From assembly GCA_964513235.1 (NCBI GenBank), contig CAZEMI010000295.1:2390-66389 (forward strand): a stretch of DNA of 64,000 nt, in the 5' to 3' direction. Position 1 is the stretch's first letter; each line of letters starts with the position of its first letter. The position numbers and the translations under genes are program-made. Positions 51,287-58,873 of the stretch are shown here, piece after piece. The notes under the pieces are model-generated. The model was not told the origin of the DNA. It saw only the letters and a program-made list of their open reading frames with translations, and did no database searches. Source of the stretch: an uncultured Acidobacterium sp. (GTDB taxonomy: Bacteria > Acidobacteriota > Vicinamibacteria > Vicinamibacterales > UBA2999).

Positions 51287-52437
51287 CGTTCAGGTGCCAA
51301 CAGGTTGCGCAGCTCGATCACCAGCCGCGGTGCCACGACCGCCGGCGCGAACGATCGCTCGACGCAGGCCCGGCCCGCCGCGGCGATCGCGCGGCGGCGT
51401 TCGCAATCACGCGCCAGCGCCACGGCCGCCGCGGCAATCTGCGCGTCATGCTCGGCGTGACTGATCGGCGCTTCACGATCCCATTCCAAGCCCTCGGCAC
51501 CCTCCGCGTTGGCGACCACCGGAACTCCGTACGCCATCGCCTCCAGCACTTTCACTTTCATGCCGGTACCGACGGTGGCGGCGTTCACGAGCACCGACAA
51601 CTGTTCGAAGACGACCCGTGGATCGCGGACGTCTTCGATGATCTCGACACCCGCGATCTCGCACTCCTCGCGCAGGTAGCGGCTCGCATCCCAACCGGCG
51701 ACGAGGCAGCGCACGCCGGGCATCTCCTGCCGGATCAACGGCACGATCCGCGACACGAAACGCCGCGCCGCGGCGCGGCTCGGTTCCCAGAACATCGAGC
51801 CGATGAACCCGATTGCCGGCTGGCGCGGCGGCCCCACGGGGTCGTAGAGACCGGCGTCGATGCAGAGCGGAACGACGGACACGCGAGCCGCCGGCGCCAG
51901 CGCGCGTGTCAGGTCGGCCAGCCGGCGCGTCACGACACGGATCCGGCCAATCCGATCGATCGTCATCCGTTCGGCACGCCGCGCGATCAGGCTTCGCCGG
52001 CGATCGGTCAGCGAGTTCCCGGCCTGGAGGTCGACATGCCGCAGGCACTGGACGCTGCACACCACATTGCGGAAGCCCTCCACCGCCCGCCCCGTCGATA
52101 GGTGTTCGGCGAAAATGACGTCCACGCCACGCTGGGCGAGCGACCGCGCCGTGCGGCCGAACTGAGAGGCAGACAATTCCCAGTCGGCACGCCAGGCCGA
52201 GCGGAGCTTTCGCTCGAGGAGCGCGGATGGCTCCGGGGGATCGATGCTCGTGAACGCGATGTTGGTTTCGGCGAAGTACGAGGCCGGCTCCTCGGGCCCG
52301 CGCGATCGGGTGCGCAGATACAGGACGCTGATCTCGTGACCTGACGCATCGAGCGCTCTGAGGAGGGGTCCATAGTAGCGCGAGGCGGTACTGGCCCACG
52401 GATACGGCGACTCGGGCAGGAGAATGAGTATCTTCAT
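51268..52437 (-). CDS. Glycosyltransferase family 4
   Basis: ..MKILILLPESPYPW.., ..GTGMKVKVLEAMAYGVPVVA.. motifs. Start trimmed to the ATG at 52437 (ATGA overlap). Confidence 0.8.
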   Translation of the reverse strand: MKILILLPESPYPWASTASRYYGPLLRALDASGHEISVLYLRTRSRGPEEPASYFAETNIAFTSIDPPEPSALLERKLRSAWRADWELSASQFGRTARSLAQRGVDVIFAEHLSTGRAVEGFRNVVCSVQCLRHVDLQAGNSLTDRRRSLIARRAERMTIDRIGRIRVVTRRLADLTRALAPAARVSVVPLCIDAGLYDPVGPPRQPAIGFIGSMFWEPSRAAARRFVSRIVPLIRQEMPGVRCLVAGWDASRYLREECEIAGVEIIEDVRDPRVVFEQLSVLVNAATVGTGMKVKVLEAMAYGVPVVANAEGAEGLEWDREAPISHAEHDAQIAAAAVALARDCERRRAIAAAGRACVERSFAPAVVAPRLVIELRNLLAPERCLQIV

Positions 52438-53891
52438 GGCTGAAAGACGAGCGCGCGATCGTGACGTCGCAAAATGAGGAACACGCCGGCGGCGCCGACA
52501 ACAGCGCCGCATGCCGCCATCGCGGCGAGAGCCGTGATCACGTTGGTCACGCGCGCTTCAAGGAGACGCTGAACGACCAGCGCCGCCACGACGGCGACGA
52601 TCGCGCCGACCATGGTGCGCAATCTCGATTCGTGACCCAGCGTCAGGAAGGACCGCCGCAACAGGAGCGTCGTGAACCCGACACCCGCGAGCCAGAGTCC
52701 CACCGCGGCGGCAATCGACGTCCCGCCGAGCCACGGATGCAACAGCACGCCGGCGACGCCGGCAATCAACACCCACGCCAGCATCGTCATCGCCGTGAGA
52801 TCGGCCCGGCCGGCGCCTTCGATGACGGCGGCATCGATCGACGTCACGCCGATAATCCCGTGACCGAGCGCCAGCGCCACGAGAATCGGGCCGCCGTGGG
52901 TCCTCATCTCAGGGCCGATCCACACTTCGAAAAAGGCCGGACCCAGCGTGACGAGAGGTAGCGTCAACGTCAGCGACGCGCACAACAGCATGCGGCGCAG
53001 CGTCCCATGCTGGCGGCGCAGCTCGTCGATCTGCGCGGTGGCGTGCAGCGCGCTCGCCCGCGAGTAGAACATCGACGTGGAGACGCCGCCGAGCAGGTTC
53101 ACTCTCGCTGCCAGTTGCGCCGCGACGGCGTAGTGCGCCAGTCCCGTGACCGATCCCACAACTGCGATGATCAGGCGATCGAGCTGCAGCATCATCAGCA
53201 TCGCGATCCGGCCCGTGCACGACCAGCCGCTGAACGCGATCATCTCGGCGAGCCGGGCGCGTTCGAACCGAGGCGCGTGCGACACCCTCGGCAGCGTTTG
53301 CTGCGCGGCGCGCAGTGACAGGAAGAGCGTGGCGATCGCCACCAGCAAATTGGCGGCGATCGCCGCGGTCAGCGACGGCTGGATGCGGACCGCCACGATC
53401 GTCGCGAGCGGCAGCAATGCGCTGCCGGCCAGGAGCACGCGGCCGAGGGCGTCGAACCGTTGCTGCGCGCGCAGCAGCGCATGGACCAGACTCGACTGCA
53501 GCGAGAGCGTCACGGCGATGGCGGCGAGCGCCACCACGAGGTCGAGCTGCCGCGGGAGGCGCGCGCCGGCCAGCTGCGCGAGCGATGGCGTCGAGATCAT
53601 CGCCACCACTCCGGCGGCAATCCCAATGCCCAGCAGCACCCCGGCTGTCGTGTGGAAGCGTGACGCCAGCATCGCAGTTCGGCCATGCGCCAGGTCGTCG
53701 GCAAAGTACCGCGTCGATGCCCATGGCAGGCCCAAATCGACATACATGGCGTAAGAAGTGACGGTGACGATCAGCAGGTAGAGCCCGAAGTCGGCGACCC
53801 CGAGGGCGTCAATCAGTGCCGGTGTCACCAGCAGAGTGCCGGCGCCGCCCGCCGCCGCGGCGGTCAGCGACCAGAGGGCGCCGCGCCTCAT
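52434..53891 (-). CDS. Wzx-like oligosaccharide flippase (MOP/polysaccharide biosynthesis protein family)
   Basis: 485 aa with about 12-14 TM segments. The N-terminal ..LIDALGVADFGLYLLIVTVTSY.. is typical of this family. Confidence 0.8.
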   Translation of the reverse strand: MRRGALWSLTAAAAGGAGTLLVTPALIDALGVADFGLYLLIVTVTSYAMYVDLGLPWASTRYFADDLAHGRTAMLASRFHTTAGVLLGIGIAAGVVAMISTPSLAQLAGARLPRQLDLVVALAAIAVTLSLQSSLVHALLRAQQRFDALGRVLLAGSALLPLATIVAVRIQPSLTAAIAANLLVAIATLFLSLRAAQQTLPRVSHAPRFERARLAEMIAFSGWSCTGRIAMLMMLQLDRLIIAVVGSVTGLAHYAVAAQLAARVNLLGGVSTSMFYSRASALHATAQIDELRRQHGTLRRMLLCASLTLTLPLVTLGPAFFEVWIGPEMRTHGGPILVALALGHGIIGVTSIDAAVIEGAGRADLTAMTMLAWVLIAGVAGVLLHPWLGGTSIAAAVGLWLAGVGFTTLLLRRSFLTLGHESRLRTMVGAIVAVVAALVVQRLLEARVTNVITALAAMAACGAVVGAAGVFLILRRHDRALVFQP

Positions 53892-56050
53892 GCCCTGCTC
53901 TCCGCCGGCGGCGGATCGTGATACAGGCCGTATTCGGCGCGGTAATAGCGCGAGTAGTAATAGGCATCGCGCGCCAGGTCGACACGGTTCAGGACGCTGC
54001 CCAGCACGCGCGCGCCTACGGCGTCGAGGCGCTCAATCGCGGCCTGCACGGTGGCGCGGCTCGACATCTCCGAGCCGATCACCAGCAGCACGCCGGCCGT
54101 GACGCGGGCCAGCACGGCCGTGTCGGCCACCGCCATCACCGGCGGCGAATCGAGAACGACCCACTCGTAGTCCTCGGTGAGGCGGCGCAGCGTATCGGTG
54201 AACTGCGCGGTCGCGACCAGCTCCACCGGATTGGGCGGCAACCGCCCGGCGAGAAGCAGCGACAGGCCCGGAACATCGGTGCTGCGGATCGCGTCGGCCA
54301 GCGAGGCCTTGCCCACCATGACGTTGGTCAGGCCGGGCTCGGCGGCCTGCCCGAACAGCTGGTGCAGACGCGGCCGCCGTAAGTCGGCATCGATCAGAAT
54401 CACGCGCGCCCCCAGTTGCGCCAGCCCGACGGCGAGATTGCTCGCCACCGTCGTCTTGCCCTCGTTGGTAATGGCGCTGGTGACCAACACCGATCGTCCG
54501 CGTGGTTGAAAGGGGGAGAACAGCACGTTGGTCTGCACGACATGCAACGCTTCCCGGAACCCCGCGGGCACGTCGCTGCTCACCAGCGGCGCGCCGCGTT
54601 GCTGGGCGGCGGGAATCTCCGGCACCAGTCCGAGAAAGGGCAGGCCGAAACGCTCGCGAATCTCTTCCGGCGACTTGATGCGATCGTCCAGCGCTTCGAC
54701 GCCGACGACGAGCACCAGCGCGAGGAGCATGCCGCCGATGGCGGCGAGCATGATGTTGCGGCCGATACGCGGTGAGACCGGCAGCCGCGGCACTTCGGCC
54801 TCATCGACGATCCGGATGTTGTTCGTGCGCAGCTCGCTCGACACGCCGGTCTCGTTCGCGCGCTGCAGGAGGCTCTGGTAGACCTGACGAGAGCTCTCCA
54901 CTTCGCGCTGGAGGACGCCGTATTCGATCGCCGCCCGGGTCATCGACAGCGCCTCGCGCTTCTGTGCGTCGAGTGCGACGGTCAGGCTCTTTTCCAGGGC
55001 CTCGGCGGCGGCGAACTCGTGCTGCACGGCGCTCGCGATCTTCGCAACTTCCTGATCCAGCCGCGTCTCAGCCTGTGTCACGGCGGCGCCGAGGTTGATC
55101 AGATCAGGATGGCGATTGCCGACCTTCTGCATCAGTTCGCCGTGCTGCCGCTTCAGGGTCAACAGTTCGGCTTTGAGCTGCCGGATGAACGAGTCCGACA
55201 GAATTGCCGGGAACGCATCCAGCGCGGCGGGCTCCGCCGATACTGCGCGGAGCTGGTTGTAGAGCGTCTCTTTCTCGATCCGCACTGTCTTGGCCCTGGT
55301 TACCGCGGTATTGAGGTCGGCGAGCTTCTGCACGACGATGTTCTGTGTGTCGTCGACCGCGATCGCCTGGTTCGCCTCGCGGTAGCGCTGTAAGGCGACC
55401 TCGGCGGCTTCGACTTGCGCGCGCTGCTCGGTCAATCGCTCCGCCAGCCAGCCCGAGGCTTCGCGCGACGACAGCAGCCGGAATTCGAGGTTCTGCCGGA
55501 TGTAACTCTTGGCGTGAGCGTTCACCACGCTCGCCGCGAGCGCGGCATCGGGGGAACGGTAGGTGAGGTCCACAATGCGGCTGTTGCGAACCGGAACCAC
55601 ATCGAGCCCGGCCAGCAAGCGATCGATGGCCACGGCGGCCACGGTGTGATCGACATCAGGCCGGAGGGCTGGATGACTCCATAACGCGAGCGCGTCGAGC
55701 GTCTTCCGGGCCAGGCTTCGGCTCAGCAGGACGTTGTATTGAGTCTGATAGTAATCGGCGCGCGATTGCGTCTCCTCGATGACCTGCTCGAAACTGATGA
55801 CATTGGGGGTGTCGGCCTCGATGAGAATCTTGGCGCGCGCCTCGAAGATCGGCGCGGCCGTAAAGCTGTGCACGGCCGCGCTCAGCAGCACGATGGCAAA
55901 CGCGCTCGACGCGACCCACCGGCGCTTGGAGAGAATTCGGCCATACTCGATCAATCGCGCCGGCTCGAATTGCAGCTCGGTCCACGAGAGGCGCGCCGGC
56001 CCATCGCCTCGCGGCCGTTGCGGCGTCGAATCTGAGGATGTGTTCATCAA
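53888..56050 (-). CDS. Polysaccharide co-polymerase / tyrosine autokinase (Wzc/GumC-like: Wzz domain + coiled coil + P-loop CpsD-like domain)
   Basis: Walker A ..TSAITNEGKTTVASNLA.. and ..ILIDADLRRPRL... The N-terminal TM + Wzz-like region is followed by a long coiled coil. Confidence 0.9.
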   Translation of the reverse strand: MMNTSSDSTPQRPRGDGPARLSWTELQFEPARLIEYGRILSKRRWVASSAFAIVLLSAAVHSFTAAPIFEARAKILIEADTPNVISFEQVIEETQSRADYYQTQYNVLLSRSLARKTLDALALWSHPALRPDVDHTVAAVAIDRLLAGLDVVPVRNSRIVDLTYRSPDAALAASVVNAHAKSYIRQNLEFRLLSSREASGWLAERLTEQRAQVEAAEVALQRYREANQAIAVDDTQNIVVQKLADLNTAVTRAKTVRIEKETLYNQLRAVSAEPAALDAFPAILSDSFIRQLKAELLTLKRQHGELMQKVGNRHPDLINLGAAVTQAETRLDQEVAKIASAVQHEFAAAEALEKSLTVALDAQKREALSMTRAAIEYGVLQREVESSRQVYQSLLQRANETGVSSELRTNNIRIVDEAEVPRLPVSPRIGRNIMLAAIGGMLLALVLVVGVEALDDRIKSPEEIRERFGLPFLGLVPEIPAAQQRGAPLVSSDVPAGFREALHVVQTNVLFSPFQPRGRSVLVTSAITNEGKTTVASNLAVGLAQLGARVILIDADLRRPRLHQLFGQAAEPGLTNVMVGKASLADAIRSTDVPGLSLLLAGRLPPNPVELVATAQFTDTLRRLTEDYEWVVLDSPPVMAVADTAVLARVTAGVLLVIGSEMSSRATVQAAIERLDAVGARVLGSVLNRVDLARDAYYYSRYYRAEYGLYHDPPPAESRA

Positions 56051-56862
56051 AAGTACCTGGTCGGCACCACGATGGTGTCGCCCGATCGAATCGGATCGTG
56101 CAACCGCGCCTTGATTTCGCGCTGCTCGCCGTCGACGGTCCGAATCACGCGTACCCGATTCAACGCGCCCACGTTCGTGGCGCCTCCGGCCAGCGCCAGC
56201 GCCTGCAGCAGCGTCAACTCGCCTGGCACCGGATACCTGCCTGGATTCTTCACTTCGCCGAACACATAGACCGACTCCACGCGCGGCGCGAACACCGTGT
56301 CGCCGTCTTGGAGGGCTACGCTGCGCGACAGACTGTTGGTTTCGAGGTCGCGGACCGCAACGCGGGTCACTTCGCTCCCCTCCACTTGGCCCGGGAGAAT
56401 CGGGCGCGTCGCGCCTGACGACCTCACCACCACAACCTCGCCCGATGCCACGGCGGTCAACGCGCCGGCGCGGGCAATGACCTCGATCAACGTCGTCTCG
56501 CCCGTCAACGGGTAGGCGCCCGGCTGTCGCACTTCGCCGACGACAAACACGCGCTGGCTGCGGTAGTGCTCGACGGCGACGGCCACTTGCGGCGCGTTGA
56601 TGAAACCGTCGGCGAGCAGCCGCTGCAGCTCGCTTTCGAACTGCCGCAGGGTCCGTCCGCCGGCGCTGACGCGGCCGAGCAGCGGAAAACTGAACGAGCC
56701 ATCGGCGTCGACGGCGTAGCGGCTCGAGAGTCCCGCATGGTCGAAGACGCTGATGGCAAGCACGTCTTGCGGCCCAATCAGGTAATCGCGAGGCTGCGCA
56801 GACGCACCACTAGCCGCGACGCATATCAAAGTGAGCACACGAGCGCACCTCATGGCAGTCAT
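56047..56862 (-). CDS. Polysaccharide export outer-membrane/periplasmic protein (Wza-like: Poly_export + SLBB domains)
   Basis: Signal peptide, ..YLIGPQDVLAISVF.. and ..GDTIVVP.. motifs. It is the first gene of the operon. Confidence 0.9.
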   Translation of the reverse strand: MTAMRCARVLTLICVAASGASAQPRDYLIGPQDVLAISVFDHAGLSSRYAVDADGSFSFPLLGRVSAGGRTLRQFESELQRLLADGFINAPQVAVAVEHYRSQRVFVVGEVRQPGAYPLTGETTLIEVIARAGALTAVASGEVVVVRSSGATRPILPGQVEGSEVTRVAVRDLETNSLSRSVALQDGDTVFAPRVESVYVFGEVKNPGRYPVPGELTLLQALALAGGATNVGALNRVRVIRTVDGEQREIKARLHDPIRSGDTIVVPTRYF

Positions 56863-56943
56863 CCGCAGAACGTGAAACCGCGCGGGCTCCGCCCCTCTCG
56901 CTTACATGGTCCTGGAGGGGCGCGGCGCGGCCGTATTCTCCTT

Positions 56944-56969
56944 AAACGCCACGACCGCCCAAAACGAAC
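56944..56969 (-). promoter_or_regulatory. GTTCGY-N14-GCGTTT motif, site i
   Basis: GTTCGTtttgggcggtcgtgGCGTTT on the minus strand; 81 nt upstream of the wza-like ATG (56862). Confidence 0.45.
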
Positions 56970-57012
56970 TGGCGCATTACGCCGTATACTGCTTCGCGTG
57001 CGACTGCACAGA

Positions 57013-58011
57013 ATGAGGGAAGCGATCGGCGTCGCCGTGGTCGGCGCAGTCTGCGCGTGTCAGTCCCCGCAGCCCGCAGCAGCGCCCGGCATCGTCCGCA
57101 TTGACGGCTCGAGCACGCTGTTTCCGCTCACCAGGGCCGTCATCCAGGACTTCACCAAGGAGCGTCACGCACCGCAATTCAGGCTGACGATGTCTGGAAC
57201 CGCTCATGGCTTCGAACAACTGTGCGGCGGCCGGACCGATCTGAGCGCGGCGAGCCGTCCGATTCGCCGCGCGGAGATCGAGGCGTGTCATGAAGCCGGC
57301 GTGACTTTCATTGAGTTGCCGATCGCCTACGACGGAATCGCGGCCGTCGTCCACCCGCGCGCCACGTGGATCGACGACATCACCGTGGAGGAACTCAGGA
57401 TGCTGTGGCACCCCAGCGCGCAGGGTCGCGTCCACCATTGGAGCCAGATCCGGTCGCAGTGGCCGGACCGGGCCGTTCGTCTCTACGGCGCCGACACCCA
57501 GTCAGGCACGTACGATTACTTCACCGCCGCCGTCAACGGCGAGGAGGGCGCGAGCCGTCATGACTTCACCGGCAGCGTCAACGACGACGACGTGGTCGAC
57601 GCCGTTGCCCGCGATGAGCTGGCGTTTGCATTCATACCAATGGCCTACTACGAGAAACATCGGCACCGCGTGAAAGTCGTTGCCGTCAGCGTCGCGGCGG
57701 GGCAGCGTCCGGTCACACCCAGCGCGGACACGATCAGAGCCGGAACCTATCAACCGCTGTCGCGGCCGCTGTTCATCTATGTCCGGAAGCAGGCGCTGAC
57801 CCACGAAGGAATCCCGGAGTTCGTCGACTTTTACCTCTTGGTCGCCGCTCGATTGGCGCAGCGGCTCGGCTACATCTCGTTGGCTCCGCAGGCGTACGAC
57901 CTTGCCGCCGAGCGGCGAAGGGCCCAATGGACCGGAACCATTTTCGGCGAAGGTGGATCGCAGGTCGGGCTCACCATGAACACCCTGCTCGAAAAGGCAC
58001 GGCTGCGCTAA
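57013..58011 (+). CDS. PstS-family phosphate-binding periplasmic protein (orphan, no pstCAB nearby)
   Basis: I trimmed ORF 56566..58011 to the ATG at 57013. Lipoprotein-like N-terminus (VVGAVCAC). ..IDGSSTLFPLTRAV..SGTAHGF..L..GRTDLSAASR.. is typical of PstS/PBP2 proteins. Confidence 0.75.
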   Translation: MREAIGVAVVGAVCACQSPQPAAAPGIVRIDGSSTLFPLTRAVIQDFTKERHAPQFRLTMSGTAHGFEQLCGGRTDLSAASRPIRRAEIEACHEAGVTFIELPIAYDGIAAVVHPRATWIDDITVEELRMLWHPSAQGRVHHWSQIRSQWPDRAVRLYGADTQSGTYDYFTAAVNGEEGASRHDFTGSVNDDDVVDAVARDELAFAFIPMAYYEKHRHRVKVVAVSVAAGQRPVTPSADTIRAGTYQPLSRPLFIYVRKQALTHEGIPEFVDFYLLVAARLAQRLGYISLAPQAYDLAAERRRAQWTGTIFGEGGSQVGLTMNTLLEKARLR

Positions 58012-58012
58012 C

Positions 58013-58305
58013 GGCGCGCCAGGCCGTGAAGACCGCGGGCGACAAGACCACCGACACCGGAGAATTCATCCCGGGTGATTCGTACTTGTTCGCGAGCGAA
58101 CCCGACGGCTACACGATCGAGATCTGGTGCGAGATTCCAACACCGGTGGATCCGAAATAGCGATGGACCCTGCAACGCTGGCAAGCGCTTCGATCTGGCT
58201 GGCGATGATCGTGCTCGGCGGATTCGCGATCTACCGGGTCAGGACCCGCCGCAGCCATATCGGCTCCGCGGCAGCGGGCACCGTTTACGACATCATTCAG
58301 GACGA
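58013..58305 (+). repeat. Right copy of the imperfect direct repeat (VOC 3' fragment + start of the small membrane-protein gene)
   Basis: Core 58082-58167 matches 3565-3650 at 82 of 86 positions. Confidence 0.8.
58020..58160 (+). pseudogene. 3' fragment (last ~47 codons) of a VOC/glyoxalase gene paralogous to 3254..3643
   Basis: ARQAVKTAGDKTTDTGEFIPGDSYLFASEPDGYTIEIWCEIPTPVDPK aligns with AREAVKKAGGTIIDTGEFVPGEPYLFASDPDGYTIEIWYEIPTAVDPK. No N-terminal part is present, because the PstS-like gene ends at 58011. Confidence 0.75.
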
Positions 58306-58390
58306 AAAGCGCAAGGCGATCGAGATCGTGGTGGCCGACAAGGCCGCCGCGCGCGACTTCGAGCACGGTGAAGACGACAAAGATCCCTGA
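58163..58390 (+). CDS. Small single-TM membrane protein (75 aa)
   Basis: MDPATLASASIWLAMIVLGGFAIYRV... starts 2 nt after the VOC-fragment stop. A deleted and degraded copy of its start follows the intact VOC gene at 3646-3712. Confidence 0.5.
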   Translation: MDPATLASASIWLAMIVLGGFAIYRVRTRRSHIGSAAAGTVYDIIQDEKRKAIEIVVADKAAARDFEHGEDDKDP

Positions 58391-58864
58391 CACCAGGGCC
58401 ACAGATGGCGCAGATGATACCGAGCGGTTTGAAGCTGGTGGTGCCAGCCGCTTTTACCTCTTCTCGACGGCCCGCACGACATTTCTCGAGCCGCTTCATC
58501 CCGTCGATCTTTTCGGTGTCGCCAACTTTCGCGGCATCGAGGCTCCGCCGCAGCACCGCGATGGACTCGTCATAGGTCTTGAGCGGCACCGGGAACGGAT
58601 GGCGTGCGCGCGTGGATTGAGTCCGCGCTTCAGGGCGCCAAGTACGGACGTGGTAATGCCGGACGAGTGCCAGTCCATGCCCGTCACGCTGCCGAGCGCC
58701 TGGAACCAGGACGGATCGCTCAGCCGGCTGAGGAGCGCCGAATGGCCGTAGTGATGGATGACACTCTCGGAGATCGCGGTGCCAAGCGTCGTCATGCGCG
58801 TGGCCAGCCACTGCGGCACGCGTCCGCCATGCAGCGGCAGATCGGCAACGCCCGAACTCTTCAT
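58293..58864 (-). pseudogene. Truncated/frameshifted DUF763-like gene
   Basis: The N-terminus MKSSGVADLPLHGGRVPQWLATRMTTLG..LLSRLSDPSWFQALGSVTGMDWHSSGITTSVLGALKRGL matches my recollection of DUF763. The reading frame breaks near 58560-58620, and the total length is far below the ~380 aa expected for that family. Confidence 0.5.
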
Positions 58865-58873
58865 TTCTACATT

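Noticed and set aside
38869-53921. Numerous plus-strand and alternative-frame ORFs across the polysaccharide operon (for example 39616..40512, 44719..45849, 45630..46862, 46424..47938, 47972..49189, 50111..51460), plus the long N-terminal extensions of several glycosyltransferase ORFs.
   Set aside because: The translations are Arg/Pro/Gly-rich and motif-free. The minus-strand genes have recognisable family motifs. Starts that abut or overlap (ATGA) the preceding stop give sensible N-termini.
3755-56969. Reading the GTTCGY-N14-GCGTTT motif as a sigma-70 or sigma-54 promoter, or as rho-independent terminators.
   Set aside because: It has no TTGACA/TATAAT-like hexamers, no GG-N10-GC, and no dyad symmetry or T-tract. 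The orientation is always toward the downstream gene start rather than after gene ends.
57927-58019. First 31 codons of ORF 57927..58160 (MDRNHFRRRWIAGRAHHEH..).
   Set aside because: This part overlaps the 3' end of the PstS-like gene and has no similarity to the VOC family. Only the part from about 58020 onward is homologous to the VOC C-terminus, so the ORF is treated as a gene fragment.
3497-58305. Calling the repeat-bounded 54.5-kb block a mobile element (genomic island or ICE).
   Set aside because: No integrase, recombinase, relaxase, transposase or tRNA target is visible, and I saw no evident compositional shift. I therefore report it only as a hypothesis in the findings and do not annotate it as a mobile_element feature.
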